64,000 nt of DNA from a delta proteobacterium MLS_D. Its GTDB lineage: Bacteria > Desulfobacterota > Syntrophia > Syntrophales > UBA2210. The notes beneath the pieces were generated by a model. That model ran no database searches. It was not told the origin of the DNA and saw nothing but the letters and a program-made list of their open reading frames with translations. Shown piece after piece: positions 47,283 through 56,141 of the stretch. Location of the stretch: contig LQBH01000057.1 in the NCBI GenBank assembly GCA_002030015.1, positions 35,470 through 99,469 of the forward strand, read 5' to 3'. Position numbers and translations under genes: made by a program. Numbering within the stretch: the first letter of the stretch is position 1; each line of letters begins with the position of its first letter.

Positions 47283-49811
47283 ATGGATCAGTTGAAGCAG
47301 CGGAATATGCCCGTCAACATAGAAGACGAAATGAAAAGTTCCTACGTGGACTACGCCATGAGCGTCATTATCGGCCGGGCCATACCCGACGTGCGCGACG
47401 GCATGAAACCGGTTCATCGACGCGCCCTGTTCGCGATGGCCGATCTGGGAAACCGCTGGAACAAACCCTATAAGAAATCCGCCCGCATCGTGGGCGATAT
47501 CATCGGCAAGTATCATCCTCACGGCGATTCGGCTGCCTATGACACAATCGTCCGAATGGCCCAGGATTTCTCGATGCGTTACCCGCTGGTGGACGGCCAG
47601 GGAAACTTTGGTTCCATCGACGGCGATCCGCCGGCCGCCATGCGGTACACGGAAAGCAGGATGGCCCGTATCGCCGACGAGATGCTCGCCGATATCGACA
47701 AGAACACGGTCGATTTCATTCCCAACTACGACGAGACTCTCGAGGAACCGGTCGTGCTGCCCGCGAGAATACCCGAGCTGCTCCTGAACGGTTCTTCGGG
47801 CATCGCCGTCGGTGTCACCACGAACATACCGCCTCACAACCTCACGGAAGTCTGCGATGCGGCCGTCGCGCTCATCAACAATCCCGAACTGACCGTGGAC
47901 GACTTGATGCGGTATATCCAGGGGCCCGATTTTCCCACGGCGGGATTCATCAACGGACGCGAGGGTATACTGTCAGCCTACAGAACAGGCCGGGGAATAA
48001 TCCGCATACGCGCCCGGGCCCTGGTTGAACGAAATGCGCGGAACGACAGGGAAAGTATCGTTATCACAGAACTGCCGTACCAAGTGAACAAAGCTTCCCT
48101 GATCGAAAAAATTTCAGATCTGGTCAAGGAAAAAAAGATAAACGGCATCGCCGACCTGCGGGACGAATCGGACCGGGACGGCCTTCGGATCGCCATCGAC
48201 CTGAAGCGCGACGAAAACGCCTCCGTCATTCTGAACCAGCTGTATAAACAGACGCCCATGGAATCAACCTTCGGCATCATCATGCTGGCCATCGACCAGG
48301 GACGGCCGAAGTTGTTGAATCTCAAGGAAATCCTTCAAAAATTTATTATATTCCGGCAGGAAGTCGTGATACGAAGGACACGCTTCGACCTTGCCCGCGC
48401 TCGGGCGAGACTGCACATTCTTGAGGGACTGATTATCGCCCTCGACAATATAGACGACGTGGTCGCGGCCATTCGTGCGTCCTCGAATCCACGGGAAGCA
48501 TCGAGCCGGCTGGTGGACGATTTCGGTCTGTCAGAGGATCAGGCGAAGGCGATTCTCGAAATGCGGCTGCAAAGGCTCACGGGCCTGGAGCGCGACAAGA
48601 TCAGGGCGGAACACCGGGAGGTGTCCGAGCTGGTTCTCGAGCTCGAAGGCATTCTCGCCGACATCCGTAAAGTGATGAACATAATCAAGGAAGAACTCGA
48701 AGACATCAAAAAGCGATTCGGTGACGAGCGACGGACGGAAATCGTACGGGACAGCGAGGAGATCGATGTCGAGGACATGATCGTTGAAGAAGACATGGTG
48801 GTTACCATATCCCACCAGGGATACATCAAGCGCAATCCCGTCAGCCTCTATACGAGTCAGCGGCGGGGCGGCCGGGGCAAGATGGGTATGGGAACCAAGG
48901 AAGACGATTTCGTCGAGAAGATCTTCATAGCTTCCAGCCACAGTCATATCCTCTTTTTCACAAACAGGGGGCGGGTCTACTGGCTGAAAGTCTATCAGAT
49001 CCCGCAGGCCGGCCGGGCGGCCAGGGGGAAGGCCGTCGTCAATCTCATTGAAATAGGCGACGACGAACACATTACGGCGTTTTTGCCCGTCAGGGAATTC
49101 GAGGCGGGGAAATATGTTTTCATGGCGACCCGGAACGGCATCGTGAAAAAAACGGAACTGCTTGCCTACTCCAATCCCCGGTCGGGCGGCATTATCGCGC
49201 TGACGCTCGACGAAGGCGATGAACTGATCGGCGTTCACCTGACCGACGGGGAACGGAACATTTTTCTGGGCACAAACCGGGGACATTCCATCAGGTTCAA
49301 GGAAACGGACGTTCGCCCCATGGGCCGCACCGCCCGGGGCGTCACCGGCATCAGAATGGAGCCGGGCGACCGGGTCGTGGGCGTGGAGATTCTTTCAGGT
49401 GGAAACTCGATCCTGACCGTGTCGGAAAAAGGTTTCGGCAAGCGGACCGACGTGGCGGAATACCGTCTCCAGACTCGAGGCGGCAAGGGCATCATCAATC
49501 TCAAAACAACGCCGCGGGTCGGTTTCGTAACCGTCGTGTTGCAGGTTTGCAATAACGAAGACGTTATGCTGATCAGTAATACCGGCAACATCATTCGACT
49601 GAACGTGGAAGATATCTCGCTGCTTCACCGGAGCACCCAGGGAGTCAAGCTGATCAACCTCGAATCCGAAGAGCGTCTCGTCGGACTCGCCCGGGCCGAG
49701 CGGGGCGAGGAACCGAGCGGCGAAGAAAACGATGTCGCCCTCGACGAAGCCGAACAGGTCGATGAAAACAACGACGCCGAAACAACGGAGGACGGTGACG
49801 ACGGCAATTAA
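47283..49811 (+). CDS. gyrA: DNA gyrase subunit A
   Basis: The blocks [28 protein letters not shown] and the active-site region AAMRYTE are present, with beta-pinwheel repeats and an acidic tail. The ATG at 47283 is preceded by GGGAGG. The track ORF opens at 47238. Confidence 0.95.
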   Translation: MDQLKQRNMPVNIEDEMKSSYVDYAMSVIIGRAIPDVRDGMKPVHRRALFAMADLGNRWNKPYKKSARIVGDIIGKYHPHGDSAAYDTIVRMAQDFSMRYPLVDGQGNFGSIDGDPPAAMRYTESRMARIADEMLADIDKNTVDFIPNYDETLEEPVVLPARIPELLLNGSSGIAVGVTTNIPPHNLTEVCDAAVALINNPELTVDDLMRYIQGPDFPTAGFINGREGILSAYRTGRGIIRIRARALVERNARNDRESIVITELPYQVNKASLIEKISDLVKEKKINGIADLRDESDRDGLRIAIDLKRDENASVILNQLYKQTPMESTFGIIMLAIDQGRPKLLNLKEILQKFIIFRQEVVIRRTRFDLARARARLHILEGLIIALDNIDDVVAAIRASSNPREASSRLVDDFGLSEDQAKAILEMRLQRLTGLERDKIRAEHREVSELVLELEGILADIRKVMNIIKEELEDIKKRFGDERRTEIVRDSEEIDVEDMIVEEDMVVTISHQGYIKRNPVSLYTSQRRGGRGKMGMGTKEDDFVEKIFIASSHSHILFFTNRGRVYWLKVYQIPQAGRAARGKAVVNLIEIGDDEHITAFLPVREFEAGKYVFMATRNGIVKKTELLAYSNPRSGGIIALTLDEGDELIGVHLTDGERNIFLGTNRGHSIRFKETDVRPMGRTARGVTGIRMEPGDRVVGVEILSGGNSILTVSEKGFGKRTDVAEYRLQTRGGKGIINLKTTPRVGFVTVVLQVCNNEDVMLISNTGNIIRLNVEDISLLHRSTQGVKLINLESEERLVGLARAERGEEPSGEENDVALDEAEQVDENNDAETTEDGDDGN

Positions 49812-50214
49812 GCTGTTCGATCACACCGCCGACCTCGGTCTGGAATGCAGCGGTGCCTCGATGGCCGATCTGCTTGAGCGCGCCGGCGAGGCCCTTACCG
49901 GGTGTGTCGTTGACAGGAGCGACATTCGGGCGGTGGAAGAACGGGTTGTAACAGCGGAAGGCCACGATCCGGAAGAGCTGCTCGTCAATTTTCTTCGGGA
50001 ACTGTTATTTCTCATCAACGGCGAGGCGTTTCTTCCGAAGCGCCTCGCCGTTGATTCGATCGGCGACCGAAGCGTGAGCTGCCGCGTGAATGGAGAACCC
50101 CGTGACCCGCAACGGCACACTCCGATCAGGGAAATAAAAGCGGTCACCTATCACGGCGTGACACTCGAGGAATCGCGGGGGATGCTGACGGCGCGGGTGG
50201 TGCTCGATGTCTGA
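49795..50214 (+). CDS. Archease (RtcB activator)
   Basis: The N-terminal [10 protein letters not shown] block and the C-terminal [13 protein letters not shown]...ARVVLDV block are archease hallmarks. The start is uncertain: GTG at 49795 after GGAGG, or ATG at 49762 or 49732. All three overlap the gyrA 3' end. Confidence 0.75.
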   Translation: MTTAIKLFDHTADLGLECSGASMADLLERAGEALTGCVVDRSDIRAVEERVVTAEGHDPEELLVNFLRELLFLINGEAFLPKRLAVDSIGDRSVSCRVNGEPRDPQRHTPIREIKAVTYHGVTLEESRGMLTARVVLDV

Positions 50215-51649
50215 TATCGTCATGGAACGCATCGATCGGTACCGGTGGAAGATTCAGCCTCAGGGGGGCATGCGTGTTCCCGGTATCGTGTACGCGGACG
50301 ATGTCCTGATGGAAACTATTCGGGACGACGAGAGCCTCCGCCAGGTGGCAAACGTGGCCCACCTGCCCGGCATTCAGGCGGCATCGCTTGCCATGCCCGA
50401 CATACATCGGGGTTACGGCTTTCCCATCGGAGGCGTCGCCGCCTTTGACATGGACGAAGGCGTTATTTCACCGGGGGGCGTCGGATACGATATCAACTGT
50501 GGCGTCCGCCTGATGACCACCGATCTTTGTATCGATGATATACGCGGTCGACTGAAAGAGCTGGTGGCCGGTCTCTTCAGCGCGATTCCCAGCGGGGTGG
50601 GATCGAGCGGGCCCCTGAATCTTACGAAAGCGGAAGAAAGGCAGGTTTTTGAAAAAGGTGCGGCCTGGGCGGTTGAGCGTGGGTACGGAACGCCGGCGGA
50701 TCTCGAGATGACTGAACAGCGCGGCGTGCTTGGGGGTGCCGATCCCGACGGCGTCAGCGACCGGGCGCTTGAACGGGGCAGGAATCAGCTCGGCACCCTG
50801 GGATCGGGCAATCACTTTCTTGAAATAGAGGTTGTGGACGAGATTTTCGACGACAGGGCGGCCCGTGCGTTCGGTGTCGAACCGGGACAGGTGGTGGTGA
50901 TGATACACACGGGATCCCGCGGACTCGGCTACCAGGTGTGCGATGAATACCTGGCCCGCATGGTCAAACGGGCCGGGTTGCTCGATTTCCGACTTCCCGA
51001 CCGGCAACTGGCATGCGCCTATCTGCAATCGCGGGAAGGACAGGACTACCTCGGCGCCATGGCATGCGCCGCCAACTACGCCTGGGCCAACCGCCAGATT
51101 CTCATGCACCGGGCGGCGGAGACCTTTCAGCGCGTGCTCGAACGATCGCCGGCGGACATCGGCATGCGCCTCGTCTATGACGTGTGCCACAATATCGCCT
51201 CCGTGGAGGATTTGGAGATCGACGGCGTGCGGAAACGTCTCTGTGTGCACCGCAAGGGAGCTACCCGCGCGTACCCGCCGGGACACCCCGATCTGCCCGG
51301 CCGGTACCGCGACGTCGGTCAGCCGGTGCTGATTCCGGGTGACATGGGTACCGGTTCATATCTGCTCGTCGGAACGGAGCTGGCCTTCAGGGAAACCTTC
51401 GGCAGCACCTGCCACGGCGCCGGGCGGCTGATGAGCCGCAGCAGAGCAAGAAAGGCGGGCGCGCGTCGACAGGTGAGGACGGAACTGGAAAAACAGGGAA
51501 TAATCGTAATGGCCACGGGACGGGCAACGATCAATGAAGAAATACCCGAGGCCTATAAAAATATCGAAGACGTGGTCAACGTCGTCCACGGTGCGGGCCT
51601 GTCGCGCAAGGTCGCCCGTATGAGGTCGATAGGTTGCATTAAGGGATAA
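50207..51649 (+). CDS. rtcB: RNA-splicing ligase RtcB (3'-phosphate/5'-hydroxy RNA ligase)
   Basis: 480 aa with GYDINCGVR, GSGNHFLE, HTGSRGLG, CHNIA and CHGAGR blocks. Its ATG overlaps the archease stop by 8 nt. Confidence 0.9.
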   Translation: MSDIVMERIDRYRWKIQPQGGMRVPGIVYADDVLMETIRDDESLRQVANVAHLPGIQAASLAMPDIHRGYGFPIGGVAAFDMDEGVISPGGVGYDINCGVRLMTTDLCIDDIRGRLKELVAGLFSAIPSGVGSSGPLNLTKAEERQVFEKGAAWAVERGYGTPADLEMTEQRGVLGGADPDGVSDRALERGRNQLGTLGSGNHFLEIEVVDEIFDDRAARAFGVEPGQVVVMIHTGSRGLGYQVCDEYLARMVKRAGLLDFRLPDRQLACAYLQSREGQDYLGAMACAANYAWANRQILMHRAAETFQRVLERSPADIGMRLVYDVCHNIASVEDLEIDGVRKRLCVHRKGATRAYPPGHPDLPGRYRDVGQPVLIPGDMGTGSYLLVGTELAFRETFGSTCHGAGRLMSRSRARKAGARRQVRTELEKQGIIVMATGRATINEEIPEAYKNIEDVVNVVHGAGLSRKVARMRSIGCIKG

Positions 51650-51670
51650 CAGTCTGTTAGTGATGATGCC

Positions 51671-51685
51671 TGGAAATGAAATTGC
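51671..51685 (+). promoter_or_regulatory. Weak sigma-54-like motif TGGAAA-N5-TTGC upstream of trxB
   Basis: The GG-N10-GC spacing is canonical and TTGC is exact, but the -24 element is degenerate. The motif lies 46 nt before the trxB ATG. Confidence 0.25.
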
Positions 51686-51730
51686 GGATTGGTACATGCT
51701 CACTTGTGCCGTCCAGGAGGTTGAAAGAAC

Positions 51731-52696
51731 ATGAGTGACGTAAAAATACCGGAAGATGTATGTGATTGCCTGATAGCAGGCGGCGGACCGGCCGGATTGA
51801 CGGCGGCTCTGTACGCGTCCCGGTCGGGCATGAAGACTCTGATACTTGAAGGGTCGACAACCGTGAGCCAGATCACCATCACCGACCTGGTTGAGAACTA
51901 TCCCGGCGTTCCCGATGTGGGCGGATTCGAACTGCACAGCCGTCTGAGGACCCAGGCGCTCGCCTTCGGCGCCGAGGCCAGGGCGGAAGAAATCCAGTCG
52001 GTTAAGAAGACCCGCCTGGGAGCCGTTGACGGCTGGACCGTCAGCACGGGCGATGGATCCTATCGCGCTCTGTCGGTCATCATTGCCACGGGAGCGCGGT
52101 GGCGCGCGCTCGACGTCCCCGGGGAGCAGGATTTCATCGGGAAAGGTATTTCCTATTGCGCCACCTGCGACGGTCCGTTCTACCGGAACAGTGCGGTGGC
52201 CGTGGTCGGGGGCGGTGACACGGCCGTCCAGGAAGCCCTCTTTCTGACGAAGTTCGCCGAAAAAGTGACGATCATTCACCGCCGCGATCGGCTGCGTGCG
52301 GCGGCGATTCTTCAGGAGCGTGCTTTTGCGAACGAAAAAATAGATTTCTGCTGGAACGCCGTGGTCGACAAAATCGAGGGAGAAGACGTCGTCACCGGCA
52401 TCAGGGTGAGAAAGCTGCACGGCGGCGATGAATACGTTACCCTCCCCGTGGACGGCGTCTTTGTCTTTATTGGTCTTGATCCCCTGACGGACAGTGTCCG
52501 TGGGGTTGTCAAGCTCGACGAGGGTGGCTATATTGTTACCGACGGATCTATGAGAACGTCCGAGCGGGGTCTGTTCGCCGCCGGCGACTGTATAGCCAAA
52601 CCGCTGCGCCAGATCGTGACGGCCTGCGGTGACGGCGCTACGGCGGCTCACGAGGCTTCGCTGCACGTGGATGAGCTGAAGGGCCGGCCCTACTGA
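51731..52696 (+). CDS. trxB: Thioredoxin-disulfide reductase
   Basis: 321 aa with FAD motif GGGPAGLTAALY, redox centre CATCDG and NADPH motif GGGDTAVQEA. Confidence 0.9.
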   Translation: MSDVKIPEDVCDCLIAGGGPAGLTAALYASRSGMKTLILEGSTTVSQITITDLVENYPGVPDVGGFELHSRLRTQALAFGAEARAEEIQSVKKTRLGAVDGWTVSTGDGSYRALSVIIATGARWRALDVPGEQDFIGKGISYCATCDGPFYRNSAVAVVGGGDTAVQEALFLTKFAEKVTIIHRRDRLRAAAILQERAFANEKIDFCWNAVVDKIEGEDVVTGIRVRKLHGGDEYVTLPVDGVFVFIGLDPLTDSVRGVVKLDEGGYIVTDGSMRTSERGLFAAGDCIAKPLRQIVTACGDGATAAHEASLHVDELKGRPY

Positions 52697-52742
52697 CCGG
52701 AACGGCGGCGCCACGACAGGAACAAAAAAAGGAGAAGGTGAT

Positions 52743-52988
52743 ATGCCAATCTACGAATACCGCTGCAACCGGTGCCGGGGCGAGTTTGAGCATCTGGGAT
52801 CGATGAACGACCGCGACAGTGAGGTTGAATGTCCGCTGTGCGGGGGCAGGGGCGCGGAAAAACTGATGTCCCGGTGCCAAACAAAAGTCGAGATGTCTCT
52901 TTCGGATTTCAAGGCGCTGAGCGGCGCCGCGGCCGGCGGAGGGTGCGCCGGTTGTACATCCGGATCATGCAGCACCTGCGACAAATGA
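52743..52988 (+). CDS. FmdB-family zinc-ribbon protein
   Basis: 81 aa beginning MPIYEYRCNRCRGEFE, with a second CxxC (CPLCGG) and a Cys-rich tail. The RBS is AAAGGAGAAGG. Confidence 0.7.
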   Translation: MPIYEYRCNRCRGEFEHLGSMNDRDSEVECPLCGGRGAEKLMSRCQTKVEMSLSDFKALSGAAAGGGCAGCTSGSCSTCDK

Positions 52989-53085
52989 GTCAGACGAACA
53001 CGGCGGGATCGTTCTGTCGGGAACAGGGACGACAGGGTGCCGGTATAAACGGGACGAGCAGACCCCGCGCGGCGGCCGGTGAGCG

Positions 53086-53931
53086 GTGATGGATGAAATC
53101 ATACAGATCTGGCAGCACATCCCGGCATCGCTTGACCCGGTTCTGGCACGTATCGGATCGTTCCAGATTCGGTATTACAGCCTCATGTACCTGGCGGCGT
53201 TCTTCTGCACGTACCTGATCGTCGTCCGCAGAATCAGAACAGAGAACTATGAATTTTCCACGGCCGTGATCCAGGATGTGTTTGTCTGGGGGATCGTTGG
53301 ATTACTGGTGGGAGCGCGGTTGGGCTATGTGCTGTTCTACGACATGTCCCACTTTATCGAGCACCCCCTCGAGATATTTCTTCCCGTCCAGTGGTCCGGC
53401 GACGGCGTTCTTGTTACCGGCATCAGGGGCCTGTCGTATCATGGAGGCCTGCTGGGCATTATCGCCGCAGTGGTTATTTTCTGCCGCCGCCGGGGAATCC
53501 GCGTTCTGCGGCTGGCGGATCTTTTCGCCGCCGCCGCGCCCCTCGGATACACCTTCGGACGGCTCGGCAACTTCATAAATGGTGAACTCTATGGAAAAGT
53601 CACGTCGGTTCCCTGGGGCATGTATTTTCCCCTCGATCCGACGGGACGGCTGCGGCATCCTTCGCAGCTTTACGAAGCGTTGTTCGAGGGGCTCGTGCTT
53701 TTCGCTCTGCTCTGGCCGCTGCGGCAGAAATTCCGGACCGAGGGGACCCTGTTCGGTCTGTACATCGCCGGGTACGGTATCATCCGGTTTGTTATCGAGT
53801 TTTTTCGTGAACCGGACCTGCACCTGGGGTATGTGCTGGGACCGTTCTCCGCGGGCCAGTTGTTATGCCTTGCCATGATCATAACCGGCATCGTGATGAT
53901 CTTCGTGCTGCAGAAGCGGGCAAAACGGTAA
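53086..53931 (+). CDS. lgt: Prolipoprotein diacylglyceryl transferase
   Basis: 281 aa and polytopic, with Lgt blocks YHGGLLG, GRLGNFINGELYG and HPSQLYE. Confidence 0.9.
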   Translation: MMDEIIQIWQHIPASLDPVLARIGSFQIRYYSLMYLAAFFCTYLIVVRRIRTENYEFSTAVIQDVFVWGIVGLLVGARLGYVLFYDMSHFIEHPLEIFLPVQWSGDGVLVTGIRGLSYHGGLLGIIAAVVIFCRRRGIRVLRLADLFAAAAPLGYTFGRLGNFINGELYGKVTSVPWGMYFPLDPTGRLRHPSQLYEALFEGLVLFALLWPLRQKFRTEGTLFGLYIAGYGIIRFVIEFFREPDLHLGYVLGPFSAGQLLCLAMIITGIVMIFVLQKRAKR

Positions 53932-53968
53932 TATTTGTAATACATAATAAACCAGGAGGAACGACAGA

Positions 53969-55300
53969 ATGGGAAAGCGTCTCATTATTATCGGCGGCGG
54001 CGCCGCCGGGCCATCGGTGGCGGCCGAGGCCCGTCGCCGGGATCCGTCACTGGACATCAACGTGCTTGAAGCCGGGGAGTTCGTATCCTACATATCTTGA
54101 CTGATGCCCTATTACATCGGTGATGTAATACGGCAATCGGAAGAACTCGTTGCACGGACACCGGAAAAATTCGGCGAGTCCGGCATAACAATTTCCCTGA
54201 ACACCACCGTGGAATCGGTCGATTACGACAAGGGGCTGCTGAAAACCGCCGCCGGAGAAACCATCGGATATGATCATCTCGTAATCGCCACGGGGACGAA
54301 CGCCATTCGCCCCGACATTCCCGGAATAGACCGGGACGGCGTGTTCGTGCTGAAAAATCTCACCGACGGTATCGCCGTCAAAAAGTGGGTCGAGGATAAC
54401 CACTGCCGCCGGGCCGTTGTCGTGGGGGCGGGGTTCGTCGCCATGGAACTCGCCGAGGCTTTTCGAACCCGCGACATGGATACGACGGTCGTGTACCGGG
54501 GCACACGTCCCATCAAGCGGTGGGACAAGGCCCTGACGGATATCGTCACGGAAGAACTGGAGAAAAACGGGGTCATCTTTGTTACCGGAACATCGCCGCG
54601 GGCCGTCGAGGAAAGCGGGGACGGGCTGCGCCTGGTGACGGATAACGGCGACTTCGACGCCGATGTTATCGTGTTCGGACTGGGTGTTAAACCGGAAACA
54701 TCGATAGCCCGCGATATAGGTCTGGAGATGGGAACATCGGGCGCCATCAAGGTTAATTTCTCCCAGAGGACGAGCCGTGAAGAGATATTCGCCGTGGGCG
54801 ACTGCGCCGAGGCATTCCATCGTATCCGCCGCGAATGGGTCCACATTCCGCTGGGCGATACCGCCAACAAGCAGGGCCGAATAGTCGGTTGTATCATCGG
54901 TGGCGCGCCACGCGTTTTTCAGGGCGTGGTGGGCGCCCAGAGTTTCAAGTTCTTCGGGCTGGAAATTGCGGCTACGGGTATCGACGAAGCGGAAGCCGTC
55001 GCATGCGGCTATCATCCTGAAAGTCATGTTACGAAGGGAACATTCAGGACGCCGTCAATGCAGGGCCGCGCGAGAATGAGCATCAAGCTCACCGCGGACA
55101 GGGCGACCGGGCGCTTACTCGGCGCCCAGGCGGTTTCGAATATCGGCGCCGTTGGTCGCATCAATATTCTGTCGGCCTGCCTGTGGTCGGAGATGACTCT
55201 CGACCAGATCGGGTACCTGGATTTCGCCTATTCACCTCCCTTCGGCGGGGCCTGGGATATCGTTCACCGCGCCGCCCAGGGGCTGCAGAGGAAATTGTAA
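53969..55300 (+). CDS. CoA-disulfide reductase / NADH oxidase family flavoprotein with in-frame UGA (probable selenocysteine) at the catalytic Cys position
   Basis: The ATG at 53969 follows AGGAGG and opens 43 codons with a GxGxxG fold (IIGGGAAGPS). TGA at 54098-54100 sits in the context FVSYIS-U-LMPYYIG, which matches the family motif SFANC(G/A)LPY.IG. The rest equals track ORF 54104-55300, giving 443 aa in total. A hairpin follows at 54106-54134, and selA is in the window. Confidence 0.8.
54106..54134 (+). promoter_or_regulatory. Candidate bacterial SECIS hairpin
   Basis: The structure is GCC-C-TATTACATC [GGT] GATGTAATA-C-GGC. It has a 9-bp perfect stem, plus 3 further bp beyond a C:C mismatch. 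It starts 5 nt after the TGA, and the G-rich apical loop lies about 19-21 nt 3' of the TGA. Confidence 0.65.
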
Positions 55301-55312
55301 GGAGGCTGGGCC

Positions 55313-55633
55313 GTGACTGTACGCTGTCACTACTGCGGCGGACCCGTCGGCGAGGATGTCACAATCGGTTTTCGGGATACCTGCGGCAGGTGCGGGCGTG
55401 ATCTGCACGTATGCAGGAACTGCCGGTTTTACGATCCCGGCGCCTACAACGCATGTCGGGAACCCCAGGCTGAACGGATACTCGACAAGGAGCGCGCCAA
55501 TTTCTGCGAGTATTTCGTTCCGGCGTCGGATCCGACGCCGGGAGCTCGCGGGAGTTCCTCCGGCACGGAAGACGCCGCCCGGAAACGCCTTGAAGACCTG
55601 TTCGCGGGTGGCACCGATTCTTCGAAACGGTGA
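55313..55633 (+). CDS. Cys-rich zinc-ribbon-like hypothetical protein
   Basis: 106 aa with a GTG start and AGGAGG 7 nt upstream. The Cys motifs are CHYCGG, CGRCG and CRNCRFY, plus two further Cys. It starts 12 nt after the Nox/Cdr-like gene. I do not recognise a family. Confidence 0.55.
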   Translation: MTVRCHYCGGPVGEDVTIGFRDTCGRCGRDLHVCRNCRFYDPGAYNACREPQAERILDKERANFCEYFVPASDPTPGARGSSSGTEDAARKRLEDLFAGGTDSSKR

Positions 55634-55660
55634 TGGAAAAACATGGAAAGGAGGGAGCAC

Positions 55661-56128
55661 ATGGCAGACATGAAACTGGACGACGTGATCGACAGGGCCG
55701 TGAAGCGCGAAGAGGAATCTTTCGCCTTTTACCGGGATCTCAGCGACCGTGTGGAAGATCCAGCGGTACGGGACACGCTGGAATTTCTCGCCGGTGAAGA
55801 GCGGAAACACCGGGACTTTCTGATCGCTTACCGCGAGGGACGGGTCGGCGCCGGCGGCCTGCGAATGGCTGAAGCCGTCGATTACAAGATTGCCGAGCAT
55901 CTGGAAGCGCCCGATCCCGAAAAGGATATGGAAAGCAAGGACGTCTACCTGGTGGCGGCCCACCGGGAGCTCAATTCATACCTTTTTTACAAGGAGCTTG
56001 CCGATGTCCATCCAGAGGGAGAAGTAAAAGACGTGCTTCTTCGCATCGCCTCCGAGGAAATGAAGCACAAGGAAAAGGTGGAATATCTCTATGCCAACAC
56101 GGCGTTTCCCCAGACGGCGGGAGGCTGA
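55661..56128 (+). CDS. Ferritin-like / rubrerythrin-family diiron four-helix-bundle protein
   Basis: There are two E...ExxH half-sites (EESFAFY..GEERKH and ELNSYLFY..SEEMKH). I prefer the ATG at 55661, preceded by AAGGAGGGAG. The track ORF opens at 55643. Confidence 0.7.
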   Translation: MADMKLDDVIDRAVKREEESFAFYRDLSDRVEDPAVRDTLEFLAGEERKHRDFLIAYREGRVGAGGLRMAEAVDYKIAEHLEAPDPEKDMESKDVYLVAAHRELNSYLFYKELADVHPEGEVKDVLLRIASEEMKHKEKVEYLYANTAFPQTAGG

Positions 56129-56141
56129 GGGGACCGTCGGC

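Noticed and set aside
51356-52714. A 452-aa minus-strand ORF spans the rtcB 3' end, the intergenic spacer and all of trxB.
   Set aside because: It is antisense to two genes with unmistakable motifs (CHGAGR; CATCDG and GGGPAG). The sequence is low-complexity and Arg-rich, with no motif support.
53969-54103. An alternative reading of the Nox/Cdr-like locus treats it as a pseudogene with a nonsense mutation, or as a gene genuinely starting at the ATG at 54104.
   Set aside because: The TGA falls exactly on the catalytic Cys position. Both flanks are intact and in frame. A perfect hairpin follows 5 nt later, and selA is present. A protein starting at 54104 would lack the FAD-binding GxGxxG and the active site. 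The question is still unverified without selB, selC and selD or proteomic data.
54047-55027. A 326-aa minus-strand ORF covers the UGA region and most of the Nox/Cdr-like gene.
   Set aside because: It is antisense to a clear flavoprotein reading frame and has no domain signature. It cannot explain the conserved N-terminal FAD fold encoded upstream of the TGA on the plus strand.
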